DNA from: a bacterium
GTDB taxonomy: Bacteria; Patescibacteriota; Minisyncoccia; Phycocordibacterales; Zambryskibacteraceae
Assembly: GCA_030674415.1 (NCBI GenBank)
Contig: JAUSGP010000022.1
Coordinates: 1-33,751, forward strand
Direction: 5' to 3'
Length of the DNA: 33,751 nt
Shown here: in pieces, positions 31,422-33,751 of the stretch
Position numbering within the stretch: position 1 is the stretch's first letter
How the letters are laid out: each line of letters opens with the position of its first letter
Program-made: the position numbers and the translations under genes
Notes under the pieces: model-generated
Database searches by the model: none
What the model saw: the letters and a program-made list of their open reading frames with translations, nothing else
Told to the model about the DNA's origin: nothing

Positions 31422-31424
31422 TTT

Positions 31425-32078
31425 ATGAACGTGTTTATTATTGGCGGCACTTCCGGCTTGGGCCTGGAAATTGGAAAATTGTTCCTCGAGAAAGGAGCTC
31501 AAGTATATGCTACTGGCAGAAAAGAGCTCAATATTACGGAAAATCTCGACCAACTCATAGAGGACTTGAATGAAAAAGTTTCCAGTCTCCCTACAATCGA
31601 TTTATTCATATATGCGGCAGGTTTTTTGGAAAAAGGGCATATTGGAGAACTTTCTGACGCCCATATTGCACAAATGATTAACGTCGGCCTTACTGCACCA
31701 GCGCTAATATTAGAGCGATTGCTTAAAAAGCAAAAACACCTTGAGGGATTTATCGCTATTACCTCGACCTCACAATGGATTCCTCGCGAATTAGAACCTG
31801 TTTATACTGGAGTCAAGGCGGGCTTAGCAATGCTCGCGCAATCAGTCTCATTTGACCCAAACATCAAAAAGACGCTTGTTGTAGGCCCAGCAGGCATGAA
31901 CACAGAGTTCTGGACCAATAGCGACCGAGATGTAAGCGCTCTCCTATCGCCTAAATGGGTTGCCGAACAAATATTAAAGCTGTGGGTGGACAATTATATC
32001 TATCGGTTAACACGTATTCTTCGCGACCCTACTCCGGAAGCAGAACGGGTCCAGATCATCGAAACGAGGTTTGAATAG
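31425..32078 (+). CDS. Short-chain dehydrogenase/reductase (SDR) family oxidoreductase
   Basis: 217 aa with IIGGTSGLGLEIG (TGxxxGxG-type cofactor motif) and YTGVKAG (catalytic YxxxK). Confidence 0.8.
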   Translation: MNVFIIGGTSGLGLEIGKLFLEKGAQVYATGRKELNITENLDQLIEDLNEKVSSLPTIDLFIYAAGFLEKGHIGELSDAHIAQMINVGLTAPALILERLLKKQKHLEGFIAITSTSQWIPRELEPVYTGVKAGLAMLAQSVSFDPNIKKTLVVGPAGMNTEFWTNSDRDVSALLSPKWVAEQILKLWVDNYIYRLTRILRDPTPEAERVQIIETRFE

Positions 32079-32139
32079 ATGGGAAGTTGGTGTTAGTCTG
32101 TTGGCAGACTTGTACGGTATCTGATATATGGGAGTGCAT

Positions 32140-33402
32140 ATGAAAATCGAGCCGAAACACGACTTCACGGCGAAATTACGACAGGAGCACGTGTTGCCAG
32201 GCGTATTGCAATACGTGGCTTGGCAGAGAGCGGCGAGAGCCGCCAAAGCCAAGGGCGAAGAAGTACCTGAGATGCCTCTGAATCTCGGCCTTGCATCAAT
32301 CAACCTCGACCTGACCACGGCCTGTAACTATGCCTGTGATCACTGCATCGACTTTGAAATCCTCAACGGTTCTATGAGACACGAGCATGACAAGCTCATG
32401 GAATCGCTCGAAGACATGATTAAAAAGGGCTTACGTTCGGTGATCCTCATCGGCGGTGGCGAACCGACTCTCTATCCAGGCTTCAGCGAAGCCGTTTCAC
32501 TTTTCAAGAAGCACGGCGTCCAAGTGGCCATCGTCACAAACGGCTCACGCAACAAGAAGATCATGGAAGTGGCGGGAATGCTCTCGAAGCGTGACTGGGT
32601 ACGACTCTCTCTCGACTCCGGTACCGACGAAACGTTCCAGAAGATGCACAAGCCGAAGAAGGCGGTGCGGCTCGAGGAAATCTGCTCATGGGTACCGCGC
32701 ATTCGTAAACTCAATCCCGAGCTTCCAGTAGGCTTCTCCTTCATCATCGTGTGGGCTGGAGCCGAGCGAGAAAAGGGGGCGAACATCGTCGAGAATATCG
32801 GCGAGATCGTCTCAGCGGCAAAGTTGGCAAGGGAGCACGGGTTCAGCTACATCTCTTTCAAACCCTTCCTGACGCGCCGGCCGAACGGGGCTGAGGTCAT
32901 GGATCCGAGTGTCATGACAAACTTCCACGAAACAGTGGGAAGAATCGTGGATGCCGTCGCCGAAGCGAAGAGTCTTGAGACCGAAGGTTTCAAGGTCGTC
33001 GAGAGCACCAATCTGCGAGTGCTCGTAGAGGGCACCTGGCAAGATTTCACCCGCCAGCCCCGCAACTGTCACATGACGGCCTTTCGGCAAGTAATCTCGC
33101 CTCTAGGGGCCTTCAACTGTCCCACCCACCGCGGGATACCTGAAGCCCGAGTCGGAGACAACCCGGCGGCTATCGGACGAACGCTATCCGGGAAACCCTT
33201 GATTGTCCTCAGAAACAGGGTGGGTGAATCATCCAGGCAACAAACGGCGAGGAGTATTGATCAGTTTGACGCCGCCGAAGCCTGTCGGGAGATCACCTGC
33301 CTCTACAACTCCGCCAACTGGTGGCTAGAGGATCTGATCAACAGTGGAAGCGATCTGTCCCAAGTTACAGCACTTGCCGACCGCGGCGATTATTACCTGT
33401 AA
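32140..33402 (+). CDS. Radical SAM protein of unknown specificity
   Basis: LDLTTACNYACDHCID provides the CxxxCxxC cluster. ILIGGGEPTLYP and VAIVTNGS are standard radical SAM core motifs. I set the start at 32140 (MKIEPK) because of GGGAG-TGCAT-ATG. The track start at 32128 lacks a Shine-Dalgarno sequence. Confidence 0.8.
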   Translation: MKIEPKHDFTAKLRQEHVLPGVLQYVAWQRAARAAKAKGEEVPEMPLNLGLASINLDLTTACNYACDHCIDFEILNGSMRHEHDKLMESLEDMIKKGLRSVILIGGGEPTLYPGFSEAVSLFKKHGVQVAIVTNGSRNKKIMEVAGMLSKRDWVRLSLDSGTDETFQKMHKPKKAVRLEEICSWVPRIRKLNPELPVGFSFIIVWAGAEREKGANIVENIGEIVSAAKLAREHGFSYISFKPFLTRRPNGAEVMDPSVMTNFHETVGRIVDAVAEAKSLETEGFKVVESTNLRVLVEGTWQDFTRQPRNCHMTAFRQVISPLGAFNCPTHRGIPEARVGDNPAAIGRTLSGKPLIVLRNRVGESSRQQTARSIDQFDAAEACREITCLYNSANWWLEDLINSGSDLSQVTALADRGDYYL

Positions 33403-33423
33403 CGCGATTGCCGCCTGTAACCA

Positions 33424-33459
33424 CGCCATCGTACCCCTTGGGTCCGATGGCGTTTTTTT
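33424..33459 (+). terminator. Intrinsic terminator after the radical SAM gene
   Basis: CGCCATCG-T-ACCC-CTT-GGGT-C-CGATGGCG followed by TTTTTTT. That is 8+4 bp of stem. It abuts the stop of the convergent GtrA gene. Confidence 0.7.
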
Positions 33460-33751
33460 ATCTCTCGCGACGAAAAACGAGGTCTCGATAAATGAAAAAA
33501 CTGAAAAACGCTATGAGCCCGGTCACTATAAATTGGGCTGCCAGATATTGCATAGTTAATACGTCGACAGAGATATACATGAGCGTGACGTTTATCGCGA
33601 GATTACAGACACTCACTATAGCAAAACGGGAGAACTGTCCCAATATATTCTTATTTGGATCATCGCTGAATGTCCAGAATTTCTGCAGAACAAAACTGGT
33701 CACAAGTGCAATACAGAACGCCAAAGTAGATGCCAGAAGATACCAGAGTCC
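33458..33751 (-). CDS. GtrA family membrane protein, C-terminal 97 codons (the 5' end lies beyond the right window edge)
   Basis: The frame stays open to the window edge (GLWYLLASTLAFCIALVTSFVLQKFWTF..FFIYRDLVFRRER). The track start at 33724 is a TTG inside this frame. The sequence shows the GtrA pattern (..f.l.k.WtF ... two further TM helices ... y..r..vF). Confidence 0.7.
   Translation of the reverse strand, partial: GLWYLLASTLAFCIALVTSFVLQKFWTFSDDPNKNILGQFSRFAIVSVCNLAINVTLMYISVDVLTMQYLAAQFIVTGLIAFFSFFIYRDLVFRRER

Noticed and set aside
1-33751. Alternative genetic code (for example UGA=Gly, code 25) as in some candidate phyla
   Set aside because: All motif-bearing genes are full length under the standard code. 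TGA also functions as the stop at coupled ATGA junctions (18206..18209, 21000..21003, 28599..28602).
6658-33751. The glycan island as a mobile genomic island
   Set aside because: No integrase, transposase, tRNA attachment site or flanking direct repeats are visible in the window. Only individual genes are compositionally atypical. The right boundary lies outside the window, so mobility cannot be excluded.

Overview
This is a compact, mostly low-GC bacterial window that uses the standard genetic code (TGA acts as a stop at coupled ATGA junctions). I found no rRNA, tRNA, CRISPR array, transposase or integrase.

The left ~6.2 kb is housekeeping and envelope biogenesis. On the minus strand it holds the 5' part of obg (missed by the ORF track because it runs off the edge), a MYG1-family hydrolase, a BdbC-type DsbB, a membrane-anchored thioredoxin-like protein, a DedA-family protein and secA. 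One plus-strand gene encodes a winged-helix/Cas2-fold (PaaX-like) protein and is bracketed by a 30-nt direct repeat.

A 445-bp AT-rich intergenic region (6213-6657) follows. It carries a bidirectional terminator, a 24-codon polybasic micro-ORF, inverted arrays of degenerate heptamers and several palindromes.

The remaining ~27 kb (6658 to the end) is one large cell-surface glycan island:
- Assembly and export: an O-antigen-ligase-like/TPR protein and a Wzx-like flippase.
- An ulosonic-acid-type module: a KpsF/GutQ isomerase, a SAF-less NeuB-family synthase, a NeuA-type cytidylyltransferase, and KpsS/C-like and TagF-like transferases.
- Tailoring enzymes: four class I SAM methyltransferases, a B12-binding radical SAM enzyme and two AsnB-type amidotransferases.
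- A lipid-linked-sugar module: a GT8-like protein, a GT-C::GT9 fusion, a further polytopic membrane protein, an FAD-oxidoreductase::GtrA fusion, a GtrB/ArnC-like GT2, an SDR, a second radical SAM enzyme and a stand-alone GtrA.

Three genes (the NeuB-like synthase and both radical SAM genes) are visibly GC-rich single-gene cassettes, each with its own GC-rich intrinsic terminator, inside an AT-rich cluster.

Several operon-first genes lack a Shine-Dalgarno sequence and have a -10 box 6-10 nt before the ATG. obg and secA share the 13-mer TGTGGTAAA[A/G]TAG at identical spacing.

The gene content and style look like Patescibacteria/CPR, but that is inference only. All functional calls rest on motif recognition by eye, not on database searches.
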